Notes: generated by a model from the sequence alone, not told the origin. A stretch of DNA of 64,000 bases from Octopus bimaculoides (GCF_001194135.2 NC_068991.1:35155544-35219543); one strand, 5' to 3'. Positions 1 to 55,900 are shown, counted from the stretch's first letter. Numbers and translations: made by a program.

Positions 1-390
1 GTCTCACTAGAAATATGGCATCAGTGGTGCTTTTACCTGGCACGAACCCAAACTGCATCTCATCTAAATTGATTCGCTCCCTAATTATTTGGGCTATGAC
101 CCTCTCCGTAACTTTCATAACCTGATCTAACAGCTTGATGCCTCTGTAATTATTAGTATCTAAAGCGTCACCTTTACCTTTGTAGCAGTTTACTATGGTG
201 CTGCTACACCAGTCATTGGGTATGACTCCTTCGTGTATCACCTGGTTCGTAATACGGGTGACTAGGCTGTAGCCAACACTGCCAGATATTTTGAGCATCT
301 CTGCAGTGATTCCTGATGGGCCGGGGGCTTTCCCTGTCTTCATACTCTTGATTGCTTTATCTACCCTGGTCTGTATAGGAGTTGCAGGAT
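1..390 (-). mobile_element. RTE-clade LINE reverse transcriptase fragment
   Basis: Minus-strand translation reads MKVTERVIAQIIRERINLDEMQFGFVPGKSTTDA, typical of RTE RT; paralogous to 5640-5790. Confidence 0.8.
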
Positions 391-442
391 ATTTCAGCTC
401 TAAATTCATTTCGTTATATCTTTGTTAATATTTTCTTTTCAG

Positions 443-41859
<41,417 letters not shown>

Positions 41860-44478
41860 CTTTATTTTTGAGTTTTTGATTTTTGGACCAGCCTCTCACA
41901 GAAGTGCAACAGCTCTGTGTGTAGAGGCCAAGAAATTCAAGCTGATAAAGTTGTATAGACCCAGAGATTTGCACTCATATACTCACACGTCTATATTATA
42001 CATTTGTATCTACCAACCTATAGATAGGTTCCCAAAATATACATAAATTGACATTTTAATGACCAAATATGAAATTAATTTCCAAAGAGAATTCTGCATT
42101 CATATATATTTCTGTGCAAAATATTTGACGGATACTATTCTGCCATCTCTGAGTGCTAATAATGATCTACTTCTAACAGCCACCCCTCCCCATCAAACAA
42201 CAAGGATCTTTCTTTTTGTTGTTCAAACTGCTAATATGTATGTAAACTCAATAGTCCACTGCTGGTCTTTAATCCATTTCATTAATTTACCACCCTTACA
42301 CCCGTTTAAATTCTTCTCCATTTCTTTATTGCCCCACACAATGGAACTAAGAAACTTTTGGTTAATGGAACTGAAAATTTTGTCCCCTCTTTTCCCCCAA
42401 CTTTTTAATTTGGCATATAGTTTTAAAAAGTTTAACTCTAAACATAAACTGAAGTTGTGGAGTTCTGAAATTTCTTATAAGAAATTTTTAAAGTTTGAAA
42501 TTCTCTTACACCTCAGATCTATATACTACTTCATTTTGTTACCTAAATTGCTGCTTTTTATTTTAACTCCATTTTTTAAAGGTAAAGCTTCTGTTAAGCG
42601 TAGCAGCATAGCTATTATGTTTCTATTGTAGTACATACATTTTGATAATCTACCATACCAGCATGGAACAAGATGACACAACAATGGGGTTAAAATTTAT
42701 TATTATTAATTGTATTATTAATAAACTAAAAATCATTAATATGGAAGCACTTGAGATTGTGTAAAGAAAACCTGTTCATCACATTAGTTATCAATATTTT
42801 GATTCTTTTATTATACCAGCTGGCTGCCTTACTAGTAGGATAGTTTTGTCTGAACTATAAATTATTGCAACAATATCTTAAGCATATATTCATGTATGTG
42901 TCTATGTGTAAGTGTTAGGTACACATATGCACATATAAATAAAGCTAAACAATCAATATTTGTTTGCTTTTACTTCTGTCTACTTTCTATCAGTTCTATT
43001 CAAAGTAGTTTTATAAATTAACAAAGCACCTGCTAATATATTTTATTTGAAATAATGTCAGCAAATAGTAGTAACTTTTTTCCACTGAAATAAAAAAAAA
43101 TCTTAAAGATATATATATCTGATAATTTAGTTACAAGTATTTTGACACAATGACCATGAAATTAGGGTATTAAAACCAGTGTTTACACTTTCTTGAATAG
43201 GGATAGCCATTGTGTTGTACTTTTGGGCAAGGGACATAACTCTGCCTACCTCTCTGCTAGACTAATATCAAAGTGATTAGTGATAAAATGGGCATCCAGC
43301 TGTCAAACCAGTTGCTCCAGCAAAGCCATCCTACCTATATTAACACGTAAAATAATACCAATGTCAATATTAATGAGATTAAATTATAAATTAGAAACCT
43401 TATTAGGAATTTCAATGATAAATGTTTTTTCTAATTAATAACAACAGTGAAATATATTTTGATTATTACATTTATCAATATCATCTTTATATAAATTTAT
43501 CATTTGTAACCTATATTCAATAACATAAATTATATAATCGTTTTTGTTTTTCATTATTATATTAACTGATCCAGGAAAATTAATATATAGTGTAAACTGT
43601 TGGTGTGTGGAAGGGTGGAAAATTTGAAGTTAGTGAAATTTAGACTTCATATATGAAATTTACTCTAATTTGATGGCTTGCAGTAACAGTTCACTTGATA
43701 AAACTTTCCTAATGCACCTTGTAGCATAATTTCAATTCTTGCTGATTAATTTTGCTGGAAATCTTAATAAACAAATCTTTCAGTGACTTGCTGTGATAGT
43801 ATGTGTGACTTAAATTACTTTTATGTTTTATAGTAATTTTTCTTTGCATTCTGTATGTTTTCTCCTTGAATTCTTTTGCATAATGTATTTGTATGTTTTG
43901 GTTTGCATCTCCCCCCCCCCCTTCCGCCTTTTCTCTCTCATTTTATTGTTTTGTTTTACTACAGTCTTTGACAATCTTCCAAACAATGTCTGGAACTTCA
44001 TTGAGATGATTTTATTTTTTCATTCATCCACTTCTTTTGCTCAAAGGTTTTGTTGTTCTAGTTTTTGAAGCACTTGGGACATTTTCCCCCAGAAAAGGAA
44101 TGCAGGTTTTTTTTTTCTCTCCCAAGGAGAGAGATGAGGTCTGTACCACAGTAATGATAGTAATGATATTTTAGAGGGAATTGAACTTTGAATATTGTTT
44201 GAAATGTGTAGTATAAAAGCTCACAGAACTGACGCTATCTCTCAGTAGGTTGACCAATGCCATTGTCACTCAACTGTCATATACATTCATTATTATAAAA
44301 TTTGAGTCACAAGTTGTTTTTCTATATATATATTTTTTTTTTTTTAAGATTCATTCAAGGACAATTTTTAATATTAAAAATTTCATTCACATCCTATTGC
44401 AACATATAATTAGGCTGCAATAGATGTTTTGCTGTTTTCAGTTACTAATATGTAGGATTAGTTGATAAATATATGTAA

Positions 44479-44530
44479 TTCAGGTTGAGATGGATAACAA
44501 TCCACTGATTGTTATCCATCTCAACCTGAA
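44479..44530. repeat. Perfect hairpin (24-bp arms, 4-nt loop)
   Basis: TTCAGGTTGAGATGGATAACAATC-cact-GATTGTTATCCATCTCAACCTGAA. Confidence 0.95.
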
Positions 44531-47500
44531 CTTGGTTAATTCACTTAATTTGTTTTTATAGAACTAGATTAAATTACTTGATTTTATTTTAAGCATACAT
44601 ACATATATGTGTGTATTTAAAAAACAGTTCATTAGAATATTATAGCAATCAGTTATTAAATTGGAACACAAGGATTGTGTAGTTAAATTTATTGATCAAA
44701 TGAAAACATGTTTGAAATTTATTAATCTTATATAAACTTAGCTATGTTAGTAAACGCTAAGTGAATAAAACTGAATATTGGTTTTAGGTTTTTAGTTTTT
44801 TTTTTTTTTTTCAGTGTAATACTGCTCTTAGGATAAATAAAGACATGACAGCAGGGAGAAGGTAGGGTTTGCAAGTTGTACAACATTAATATTGAGAAAT
44901 ATCACATAGCTCAGTCAAGCATAGAAGGCAGCTGAGAGTTAGGTATTAGATACTGTTTGTGAAAGGGAAACTCAAAGGGTATGATTTTTGTTGAGAATAG
45001 ACTTCAGAACATTAATAAAAATTACTATAGTTAGTAATTGATGTGAGGTGAAATATATATAATATACATACATACATGGGGAGAGACAAACAGAAAAGCC
45101 AAAGAAATGCTGATATAAAAATTGTAAACATTGACTAACTGAACAGAATTGGAGTTCATAGAATAAATGATTGGCTCCAAGAAGAGAGGCCATTTTGCAG
45201 GCATATTCTTGTTTCTACATCTCAAAAGCAGAAAAATAATGAGAAAACGAATGAGCAAAATTATAAAACATACTTCACAGTGGTCATCTATATCCTCTGT
45301 AAATAAAAGGTTTTGTGGTTTGTATAAACATTTTATAAATTTTGTTATTTATTTGGAGCTTGGCACAGCCCTGTAGCTTGCCAGATCCCGTCAAACCGTC
45401 CAACCCATGCCAGCATGGAAAACGGACATTAAATGATGTAGTTCAAACTGTGGAATTTAGTTTTATCTTACATTATGCTTAAGAAGTCCTTATGGAGCAA
45501 TTGGAAATTTTTATACAAATTTTGTGAGCTGAGAAGTTTTTCTCAGCTTCTCAAAGATTGTGGATTACAGAAAGACTTAGGTTGGAAGTTTATACACATA
45601 CATAGATACTACATATGTGTATGTATGGTAACTAGACACTCACAAGACCCATCTTGTGTACACACACAAAGGTGAGTGAACAAAGCAAAAAGTAGCATTC
45701 AAAACATTTAGTTGGAGTTATATGCCTTTAATAAGTTTGGCTCAGCTTCACATAACTAAGTTCTGTGGGTATCAATATCAGGTGTTCAGAGACAGTCAAA
45801 AGAATTTGAAAGAAATTCAGAATGGTTTCTAAGTGAGAGTATTCAGGCCTCCATTAGCTATTTTTGCTATCATAGCAACATCAGTTATTTTATCGGTAGG
45901 TTCACATGGTGGAGCCGACAGGATGTTGACATCACTTTTCACTCTGCACAGTGTGATATTTTAGCTGTATTTGGCTTGTTACATTGGTACATGGTAGAGC
46001 AGACAAGATGTTGGTATCCATTTGTCATCATTCTGTAGGGTGTAGTATTTCAGTGATAGCAGCTATCACATGGGAAATAGATGATTTGATAGTGTCAAAT
46101 TAAGTATGCGTTTGTATGACTGACAGGAATTATAGTCAGATGAAATCTCTGCAAGCAGTAAGAATTATATATACTGCCATTGTGTGTGGACCAGTTAGAC
46201 ATAGATTGGTACATTCAGGTTATTAGTGGCCAACAGCTTCAATTCAATTAGCAGCATACTTTTGATGGATACTGAGGACTGCTGAAATATGTGCAGTTTC
46301 TGATGGAGATAGAGTTGGCCATTATGAGCCCCAGATGAGTAAGGAAGAGTATGATAGCAAAAATAACCATGTGACCTTATCTCACCAATGGAGGCTATAT
46401 ATTCTCAACCTGTTTGCCATTTTTAATTTGTTTTGAATCCTCTCCACTGCCTCCTAAAATCTGATGATATGGATGTCCTATGCTCACAAAACTTTAATGT
46501 GGAGCTGAGTCAAACTGCAATTTTATACACACACACAAACAGGTTGACTAAGCCTTACATCTTGGAAGTTTTGTAAATATAAAACCATGTTTAGCTCTTC
46601 AGAGGCTTTTGGCATCTGGTGAGCTAGATATCGTTTCACATCTGTAAGTAATGCAGCTGAATCAACTTGTTAAATCATTTAGCTTTCATAACGGGTCGAG
46701 TGTTTTATCTTTTTCTTTGTTTGTAACCTATATGTATTAATGTATATATATATGTGTGTGTGTGTGTGTGTATATATATTTGTAGATGCATATGTGTATG
46801 ATTCACAGTACGACTAAGAAATGGATCTGAGTTCAGATCAATTAAAATGACTGGGATTTCAAGGGCAATAAGATTGGGGCAATGTGTAGTAAGAAAGTAT
46901 GTTAAGTGGATGACCAGCTGCTATGATGTCTGTTGATGGCCAGGGTAAAGTTAGGGAATAGTAAATAAATTAGCATTTAAAGAGTTTAGATTAAAGATAG
47001 AAAATACCTGAAAGCAGGACCTAAGGGAAAACTTTTAACATGCTCCATCTCATGAAGAAAAGTAGATGTGGAAATAATGATGAGAAAAGAAATAGTTGGT
47101 GATCTGTAAGAAAAAAGTTGTCCACAGGAGAATTTGTGAAAGAGTTATAAATTGATTTTCTGTGAGGAATCTCCTCATGGCAGATTAATTTCTCAAACTT
47201 TCATCATGTTATTATAATTATTAAGATTATTCTAAGTGCTGTGTGTCAAATTCATTATCACTGTATTGTATTTGTTGGTTTTCTCCACTTTTAAATTATT
47301 CTGTCTAATTTCGTTTTTCATTATTTTTCTGCCATTGATAATTTGCTATTAAATGATTTACTTTGCATAGATTTGGACAATTTTTAAACTGTTTACATAT
47401 TTGATAAACCTACTATTGCAGTGGTCAATCACTTATCTGTACATATATTATCAAAATTCTCAATTTCTGCTCACACAATTTGGGTGGAAACAATTTTATT

Positions 47501-48967
47501 TTGGATATCAAAGTAACAAAATAAGAAACATGCCATGTATTGTCTCTACTGACCTAAGCTTGGATAGTTATTTAGATGGCTCATTGATTTGTTTTTGTTT
47601 ATTATTTAGTTCCCTTTAGAGTTTGTTTTTTCATTGAAAATTACTTCAAAAGTATCTCTTTTAATGACTTATCAGAAATATTTGGATATTGATTTCCTTA
47701 CTACAAAATTGTTACTACTAACTGCTGCATTTTCTTTTTTCTGGTTACTCTCTATTTTGTTGTTTCACTGACACCAGTTCTTTTCACAAACTTCAATGTT
47801 TGTTAAGTAGTTCCTCTACAATGATTTCCAAATTGAATTATATATTGCTAATTAATTTCATTTCTAATCCATACACAATTAACTTAATTTAGTTTAGATT
47901 GTGAAATAACTAATAGAACAACTATAGCTGATATACATGGCCATCTTTAAGTATCCTTATCTTCCACTCTTCATTGTAAAAACTTATACTTTTTATTTGA
48001 AATCATCAACTTATTATTCTTGTAAACCTAAAATGTCCACCATATGTTCTGTGATTATGTGTTTAAACTTCCAGATAAGTTTTTAAATGGTAGATATTCA
48101 CCATGGAGCAATATATCAAATGTGTTGGATTTTACTTTAGGTTTTGTTTTTTAAGGATTTTAATTTCACTCCCAATTCAGCAAACTTACTGTATACTATT
48201 ATTTTCTGTATTAAAGAAAAAGAAGGAAATCAATAAAATGTTAAAACCTCTGCAAATAAATAAAACATATTACCAAAATATAACTGGTTGAATATGTTAA
48301 TGTATCATTATTTATTGAACAGTAAGAATGGCCTCATTTATAAGTTATTCAATGTTTCATTGTGAGTTTAGTTTTGGCATTGAACTATATTTATTTTGGG
48401 GACAAAATACTTATCTTTATGAGGATTGTTCAGAAATGATTATGTATTTGTTATATTTCAGATATTTACATAAATATTGCGTTTTTAAATACAATGTGCT
48501 AAAAGCATGAACTGGTCATGTGATCCCTACTTTTCTTTGAGAACATTTCAACTTATACTTTTATTTTTGTCAAAGCCTCCAACATATGAATATGAGAATT
48601 TTACAGCACCCTTTGACACTTGGTTTTTTAAAAAAAAAGTTGAAAAACCTTCATATAACTTATTGAGTCCATATATTATCTTATTACCTTGATATTGTAA
48701 AAAAAAAAAATAATAATCATTTGTGGGCTTTAAGTCTTTCATTGAATATTCTGTGGGACTTTATGATGAAGAAAAAATATGAATACATAAAAAAACAAAT
48801 TAATTATCAGTATATACCAGCTTGGTTGGATATAATGAATCAAATGAAATTGGGTAGTTGCAATGCTGGCAAAATATTCCTGGGTGATTTCAAGTGGTTA
48901 ACTACTTCCATGTTATTAGTTCAAATTTCACCCTTCGCACTTGGGAGAAAGAAACTAATGCTATTTA

Positions 48968-49130
48968 GGCAGGCATGACTGTATGGTTAAGAAGCTTGCT
49001 TTGTAATCACATGATTTGGGGTTCAGTCCCACTGCCTAGCACCTTGGGCAATGGGCAAATGTATTCTACTATGGCCCCAAATCGATCAACCCCTTTGAAT
49101 TTGATAAATGGGAATTGTATGGAAGACTGA
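48968..49130 (+). mobile_element. Family-1 SINE head (partial)
   Basis: ggcatgactgtatggttaagaagcttgc..ggttcagtccc..caccttgggcaa. Confidence 0.65.
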
Positions 49131-49381
49131 TAATTGCTGCAGTGTTGCAAATTCTTGGTGAACCAAATCTAAAAACCCAGTTGTTATTCTTGTTTGAAGC
49201 CATTTAATTTCATTTATGCTGGTAATTTAAGCATAACTACCCTCATTTAACAAAACTATTTTCATCATATTTGAAGCTTAATGTCTGTTTCAGAAATTAT
49301 TATTTATTGGCAATATGAATTTTCAAACAAGTTTGGGTTCCAAGTTGAATTTCTATTACTCAATCCTCTTCAAAAGATATT

Positions 49382-50024
49382 TCACAATATTACATCTCCG
49401 TTACCATCAACACCAAATATTATTCCCTGTTTTGCTGAAGTAGACCAAATATATTAATAGTTAATACAGTGGGCAGAAACAAAAAGCAATACTAAAAGTA
49501 TTTTCTACAATATTTAATGGTGACAATTTAATTGGTTTTATCTTACTTTTACAAGATTTAGTGTTGTGTTTAAGCAAGGCATCAAACTTATTAAAATATT
49601 ATAACTGTTTGTATTTCTGTTTCATTTCACTGATGCTTTTTTCATGTATTGAACTTAGAAATTTTACTTTGAGGTTCACTTACCTTAATATTCAACAACC
49701 AATAAGATAAATACCACTTGAGCACTGGTGTTGATCTAGTTGACTCATTCCCTCCCCCGAGCTTGCTGACTTTGTGCCAAAATTTAAAAGCATTATTACT
49801 TAACAATTCTCAAAAATGATAATGGTATTATTTTCTTACAATGAACACCTAAAGGACATAAAGATGACATCAAAGGATTGAAACTTCTTTCTTCAGTTTG
49901 AATAGATTTTCCTGAACTATTAACCAAATCTTTGGTGTATCCTTTCTTCTTAACTGTCCTCAGGCCTTGTATTTTCATATAAATATTTAATCCTTCACTG
50001 GTAGAAAACCACACAAACTCATAC
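49382..50024 (-). CDS. Candidate exons of an unidentified convergent gene (50024-49840 and 49434-49382)
   Basis: 185-nt open exon between a tttttctttag acceptor and a gtaaga donor; splices in phase to a 53-nt exon (cttcag acceptor) ending in TGA; no family recognised. Confidence 0.35.
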
Positions 50025-50080
50025 CTAAAGAAAAACATAAAACATATTAGTCCAGAAAAAAAAACTCGACTTGTAGGTGC

Positions 50081-50925
50081 AGGCATGGCTGTGTGGTATG
50101 AATCTTGTTTCCCAACCACATGGTTCCAGGTTCAGTTCTACTGTGTGGCACCTTGGGCAAGTGTCTTTTGCTATAGCTTCGGGCCAACCAAAGCCTTGTG
50201 AATGGATTTGAATGGAAATTGAAACAAGCCTATCATAGAGTAGCTGCTGTCTCGTATATGAGCAAAGTCATTGCTAGAAAGAATCATTGAAATGAGGCCC
50301 TTATACGACTCTTGAGCCCAGCCAAAGATTTGCACATTCTATTGCATAATATACAGCTGTGCTGGCTGACAGAGGGAACAGGTGCCACAGTATGAATTCT
50401 TTTGACATGCTTTTCAATCCTCCAACAGGTTGCACATGTTCTCTTGTGAACAATAGCCACATCACAATTTACAAGGGGTTAATTCCTGTGAGTTCTCTGA
50501 TGGCTGACCAGGCCTGCATGTCTCAAACATTTCCTCCCACAAATCACACACATAAAAAGCAACACTTCCTTGTTTTCCACGGGTTCATTATTTCTCAGCC
50601 TTCTCTTGATCTTCTTGTGCTTCATTCCCTCTCTTTCATACTTTGAACAACCACTGTGCACTCTTTTCCTTCATCCGTTTTGCTCTTGTGCCTTCATCTC
50701 CCAATCAACAACTGAAATATATTTTATTTGAGTGTCTGTGTTTGTATCCCTGCCATCACTTGACAACTGATACTGGTGTGTTTATGTTCCCATAACTTAG
50801 CAATTCAGCAGAAGAGACCAATAGAATAAGCACTAGGCTTACAAAGAATAAGTTCTGGAGTCAATTTCTTCAATTAAAACCCTTTAGGGTGGTGCTCCAG
50901 TATGACTGAAACAAGTAAAAGAGTA
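50081..50925 (+). mobile_element. Family-1 SINE split by an inserted LINE fragment
   Basis: Head 50081-50235 and body/tail 50730-50925 together match the intact copies at 51148 and 59510. Confidence 0.7.
50236..50715 (-). mobile_element. RTE-type LINE 3' fragment with C-terminal C2H2 zinc knuckle
   Basis: CVICGRKCLRHAGLVSHQRTH at the ORF end (50479-50661). Confidence 0.6.
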
Positions 50926-51147
50926 TTCTGACAATGATTCATTTTTTATTTTATACCATGCATTTTATCAATGACAATATTGTTGTTTCCTGTGGGCTTA
51001 ATCTCTGTTACTGATGCAACGAGAGTGGCAAGGGAGTATCTATGCAACTTGGGTGATATAATTACAAGGTATCTTGTTTTTAATACATTGATTTACTAGT
51101 AGTTTCTTGCCGATAGGTACATCTTTTGCTGATATGCTCTTTTCCTC

Positions 51148-51515
51148 TTTTATTTGTTTCAGTCATTTGACTGTGGCCATGCTGGAGCACCGCCTTTAGT
51201 CGAGCAAATTAACCCCAGGTCTTATTCTTTGTAAGCCTAGTGCTTATTCTATTGGTCTCTTTTGCCGAACCGCTAAGTTACGGGGACGTAAACACACCAT
51301 CATCGGTTGTCAAGCGATGTTGGGGGGACAAACATATACACACACATACATATATATGACAGGCTTCTTTCAGTTTTCATCTACCAAATCCACTCACAAG
51401 GCTTTGGTCGGCCCGAGGCTATAGTAGAAGACACTTTCCCAAGGTGCCACACAGTGGGACTGAACCCAGAACCATGTGGTTGGTAAGTGAGCTACTTACC
51501 ACACAGGCACTCCGC
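51148..51515 (-). mobile_element. Full-length tRNA-derived CORE-type SINE (family 1; OR1/OR2-like by recall)
   Basis: A-box (tgtgtgg) and B-box (ggttcagtcc) head, ccttgggaaagtg core, internal TA/TG tract, tail ..atgactgaaac. Confidence 0.8.
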
Positions 51516-52959
51516 TCACTTTTTTTTTAATGTAAATATCCACAATACCTATCATTCACAAGAAACTGATCAAACTAAGGCTATAATAGAATACTTTGCC
51601 CAAAGTACCACATCATGGAGCCAAACTGCTTAAATATCCAGTTTTGCCTGCAGCCAGGAGTAGATCTTTATCACTATTAGAGTTCTGGCCTTCCTTGAAG
51701 CACTTGTTAAAGTGGGATGTTACATGCTAATATTGTTGAGAAAGTGAAAAACATCACAAAACATTCATTATTCTTCCAATAAATAAACTTTTGTCACTAA
51801 TATTATTACCATTTTCCAGGTATATGAAACTAATCAGTGAGTACAGCAAACAAAAATTACTTGATTAGTAGTATTCATCCATGAGAAATCAATACCACTG
51901 ACTTCATAGCAATGTGAAATTAAGTTTGTGTCAACTTATATTAATACCTTCATAATGGCAATTTATTTCAATATCAGTTTTAGAGGAAGGTAAGGCACTA
52001 GTCAGTATAATTAATCGCAGAAAATACCTTTATTAACTTCCAGATGGATAAAAGATGAAGTTGACCATGGCAGTATTTGAACTCGGAATGTATGCGGGAG
52101 GGGGAGGATTGAATATAGCAAGGTATTTTGTCTGGGGTTTTATCTACTTAACACTATAATCCCTTCTGTATAATATTAATAGTAATGATACTACTACTAC
52201 TACTAATAATAATAATAATACCACTGCTGACATAGATGAAACAACTATTCATAAAGCAAATGTAAAAAAGGTTGTCTGAGTTTATCTATTGGTTGCTATA
52301 CAGAACCAACATTATTCAAAATATTAATATAACTTAAATAGACTCTTATCAAATGTTTATACAATATACCTTTCTTGGAAATGGGTGAGGAGGGCTGGCA
52401 ACAGGAAGGGCATCCAGTCATAGAATATCTGCCTTAACAAATGCCATCCAACTTGTGCAATTATGGAAAAGTGTACATTAAAATGATGATGACATATATT
52501 TATACAAACACATACATGCAGATCATCTCATCATGTGCTTGCATAGATCAAATAGAATCCTTGAGACAGTTTCTACAACCAAATGCCCATCCTGTTGCCA
52601 AACTTCACCTGTTTCTAAGGTAATATTTCACCATTGCCAGTCAAATTTTTCACAGAAGTCTGGAAATGAATAACATTGATTTGTATGATGATAATGCCTA
52701 TTTACTATCATTACATGATGTTATGACAAGAGTACCCACTAACATACATGAATATATAAATATATATATATTCACATGCACACACAAACAAGCTTCTTTC
52801 AGTTTCCATCTACCAAATCTATTTGCAAGGCTTTAGTTGGCCCTGGGCTATAGTGGAGGGTGCATGCCCAAGGTACTACATAGCCATGCTTGCACCTATA
52901 TATAATCACACACACACGTAGCCTTCAACAGCCCTTTGCTCTGTGGTCTGATGATCTCT

Positions 52960-55900
52960 GCAGAAGTTAGGGGTAAAATGACTAGCTTGTGAAATCCACA
53001 TAAGCCATGTACAGGGGTACTGTCAGTAAACTGAGTGTTAGCCACAAGTTCACCAGGGCTCAGTCTTCAGTCCCATCCTGTTCATCATCATCCTCCAGGC
53101 CATAACAGGTTGCTATTGGGAACTGTTATATGCTGATGACCTCATTCTCACAGCAGAATCTGTAATAGAACAAGAAAAAATTTCAGGTGTGGAAGCAAAG
53201 CTGCAATCAAAGGACTTTGAAGTTAATTTAACAAAGAGCAAAGTTCTAGTGAGCAGGAACACAGACAGGCCTCAACTCCCTTCAGGTAAACAGCCCTGCT
53301 CAATTCGTAGGAAAGGTGTAGGCTAGATTTCTATAGGGTGTACCCAGTACAGGCTATGAACTTGCAAGGTGCAGTGGAATTGCAGGAAAGTTAAAAAAAC
53401 TGTTCATATGTGGAAGATGTGCATGAAAGACTCCTGAGAAATAGATTTTCTCAAATTCACAGGAAGTTCTCTGGAGGTAGTAGATAGAATCTGTTATTTA
53501 GTTGACCTAATTAACAGTTAATGAGGATGCTCTGAAAGTACAGTGACTAGAATACGAAAAAGAAAAATCAAAGCTGTTACTGTTTGCAACAAAAAGTTTC
53601 CCCCTTTCAGAATAAAAGACAGATTGTCCGATACTTTTGTATGAGCAGTAATGCTACATGGTAGTTAGACATGGATGCTGAAGACATGCAGAGACTAGAG
53701 AGAAATCAAGTTTGTATGCTCAGATGTGCAATGTCAGTGTGTGTATACAATAGTACTAATGTTTTGAGAGGAAATATGGACATAAGAGGAATGTTGATGT
53801 AGTGTGCAAGAGAGAAGACTGCACCTGTTTGGTCATGTGATGCACATAGATGAGGAGAGCTGCATAAAAAGTGCCAGTCACTTAAAGTAGATGGAACTTG
53901 TGAATGAGGGAAACCCAGTGAGACGTGGTGAGGTAGTGATGGATGATCTCAAGATGCTGAGCCTCACAGAGATGAGAAAGAATCAACATGAATGGCAATT
54001 TGCTGTGTTTGAGAAAACCTTCCATGAGGCCCTAAAAATATTGCTTAGGTTTGTACAGTGATGGACCCTGATCTGATACCCATTCTACTCATTCCCAACA
54101 TCTTATCTTATCTACCCTCCCCTCCCCCAACTTCCATTCCTCCTTCATACATATTGCATCTCCTAACTCCTTTCACTACCAGTTGCTGCCTCTGCTTCCA
54201 CTTTTGTCCTACGTTTTCATTATCACTTTCTCCCTCACTTTGTTCAACAATCTCCTTTCTGTTTTTCCAATTATCTCCTCTGCCATACTCCATTTTAATA
54301 CCTCTCTTGTATGGTACCATTCCAACTCTCTCGTATCTACTACCACTCCCTTTCTCTATAGCTACCCTTATGTACTCCTACATCTCCCTTCCCTCTGCTC
54401 TTATGCTATGCTCATCATCCCCTACTTCCTGATCTATCATTCCCAGTGTCGGATCTACCATAAAACTAATGAAACTTAAGCTTCAGGGACCCTAATCCAG
54501 GAGGATTCTGAAGCAACTTAATGGTTTCATTCTGTCAGTTTTTGTATTTTAGTATTTTGCCATGCAGTCTTAGTGGACATCATATCATACTCCTATGCAG
54601 AGTCTCGACACGCAGTATCTAGTCACAAGTTGTTCACCTGCTGTTTCTACCAGTGTGGAGTAGAATAAAAAATAAATGTACAGACAACTCGTAGATAATT
54701 TGCTTCACTTGAATTTATTTTGGAAACTTTGGCCCTGCCTCTCCCATTGTGAAATATGTCTACTACTACATCAGCACAGTAGAGATAAGAATTCTTATTT
54801 TCACACCATTATTTAATGACCAATGAAAGGGTTTGCCTCCTAATTTTGGACTTACAAGCTGTTCAATAGCAAAGCATTTTTTTCTACTTTAAAAATTGTT
54901 GGAATATCACATTGTACAAAATGAACACTTCTTCATTTATGACTATATATTAAGTTGTGGACCCCTATCTTGATCAATCTCTGTCTCGCTGTGGTTAATG
55001 AAAATATTACCCCAATTTCTTCTTCACAGAGGTCTAGTCCCCAAGAAGAATAGCAATGTCTTCAAGAAAGTACTCAAGTGGATACCAGAAATGCCAACTC
55101 AAGGAAGAGAAATCTAACGAAATTTCTAAATGTCAAAAACTATCAAACTATTTTACAATAAGTAAAAGTTTGTCATCACCTGCAACTGAAACAAGCCATG
55201 CAAGCACCAGTGAAGTCAATGATAGTACACAAACCATGAGTGCTCTGTTTAGCAATAATCAACCTACTGTTGACACTTTTGGTGCAGATGATGATCACAG
55301 TGGTCAAGAACTTCAAGAAAAGATGGAGCAGAAACAGGAAGCAAATTTAGTGATTTCAAAGATTACAGTGACCTGGCAAACTGGCCTGTAACAATTGATA
55401 ATGATTTCATACAAAACTGTTTAATGCAAGACATCAGTTTTTTTTGTTTTTCTTTCAAAATAAAAAAACCAGATAATGTATATACTGAATCCTACAAGAT
55501 TTACAAACAGCAAGATCGAAGTTTCTCAAGCAAGTACTTTGAAAAAAGGATTAAAAAATGGTCAGACTGTGATGAGATCCTAGTTAGTTTACTCAAAGAA
55601 CAAACTCTTTTCTAAGTGCCAAATATCACTTACAACAGGTGGGTTTTCTGATTGGATGAATATACTCAGAACTCCAGAAAATCATGAAGATAGCAAGGAA
55701 CATAACAGGGCGATGTTGAGCTGGCTAATACGAAAGTCAAATAAAAATACTGTGGATCAAAAACTTGAGGAACAGTTGAGAAAAAACCTGCAGAACTATT
55801 TTGAAGTACTAAAAAGAGTTGTAACAGTTAAGTTTTTAAGTGAAAGAGGTTTAGCATTTAGAGGTCATGAGGAAAAGTGGGGCTCCACAAGCAATGGAAA

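Noticed and set aside
42059-42631. 190-aa ORF after the HEATR5 stop
   Set aside because: Low-complexity F/L/I/K composition typical of AT-rich UTR, with no recognisable domain or splice support.
45820-46520. Possible non-LTR RT fragment (SDDMDVLCS)
   Set aside because: Only one weak motif is discernible; family and boundaries are unsupported.
48902-48939. Alternative minus-strand terminal exon (LRRVKFELITWK*)
   Set aside because: The acceptor is plausible and in phase, but the exon is too short to distinguish from chance without transcripts.
50479-50661. C2H2 zinc-finger transcription factor gene
   Set aside because: Single finger at the end of a LINE-like fragment inserted in a SINE; it matches an RTE C-terminal knuckle.
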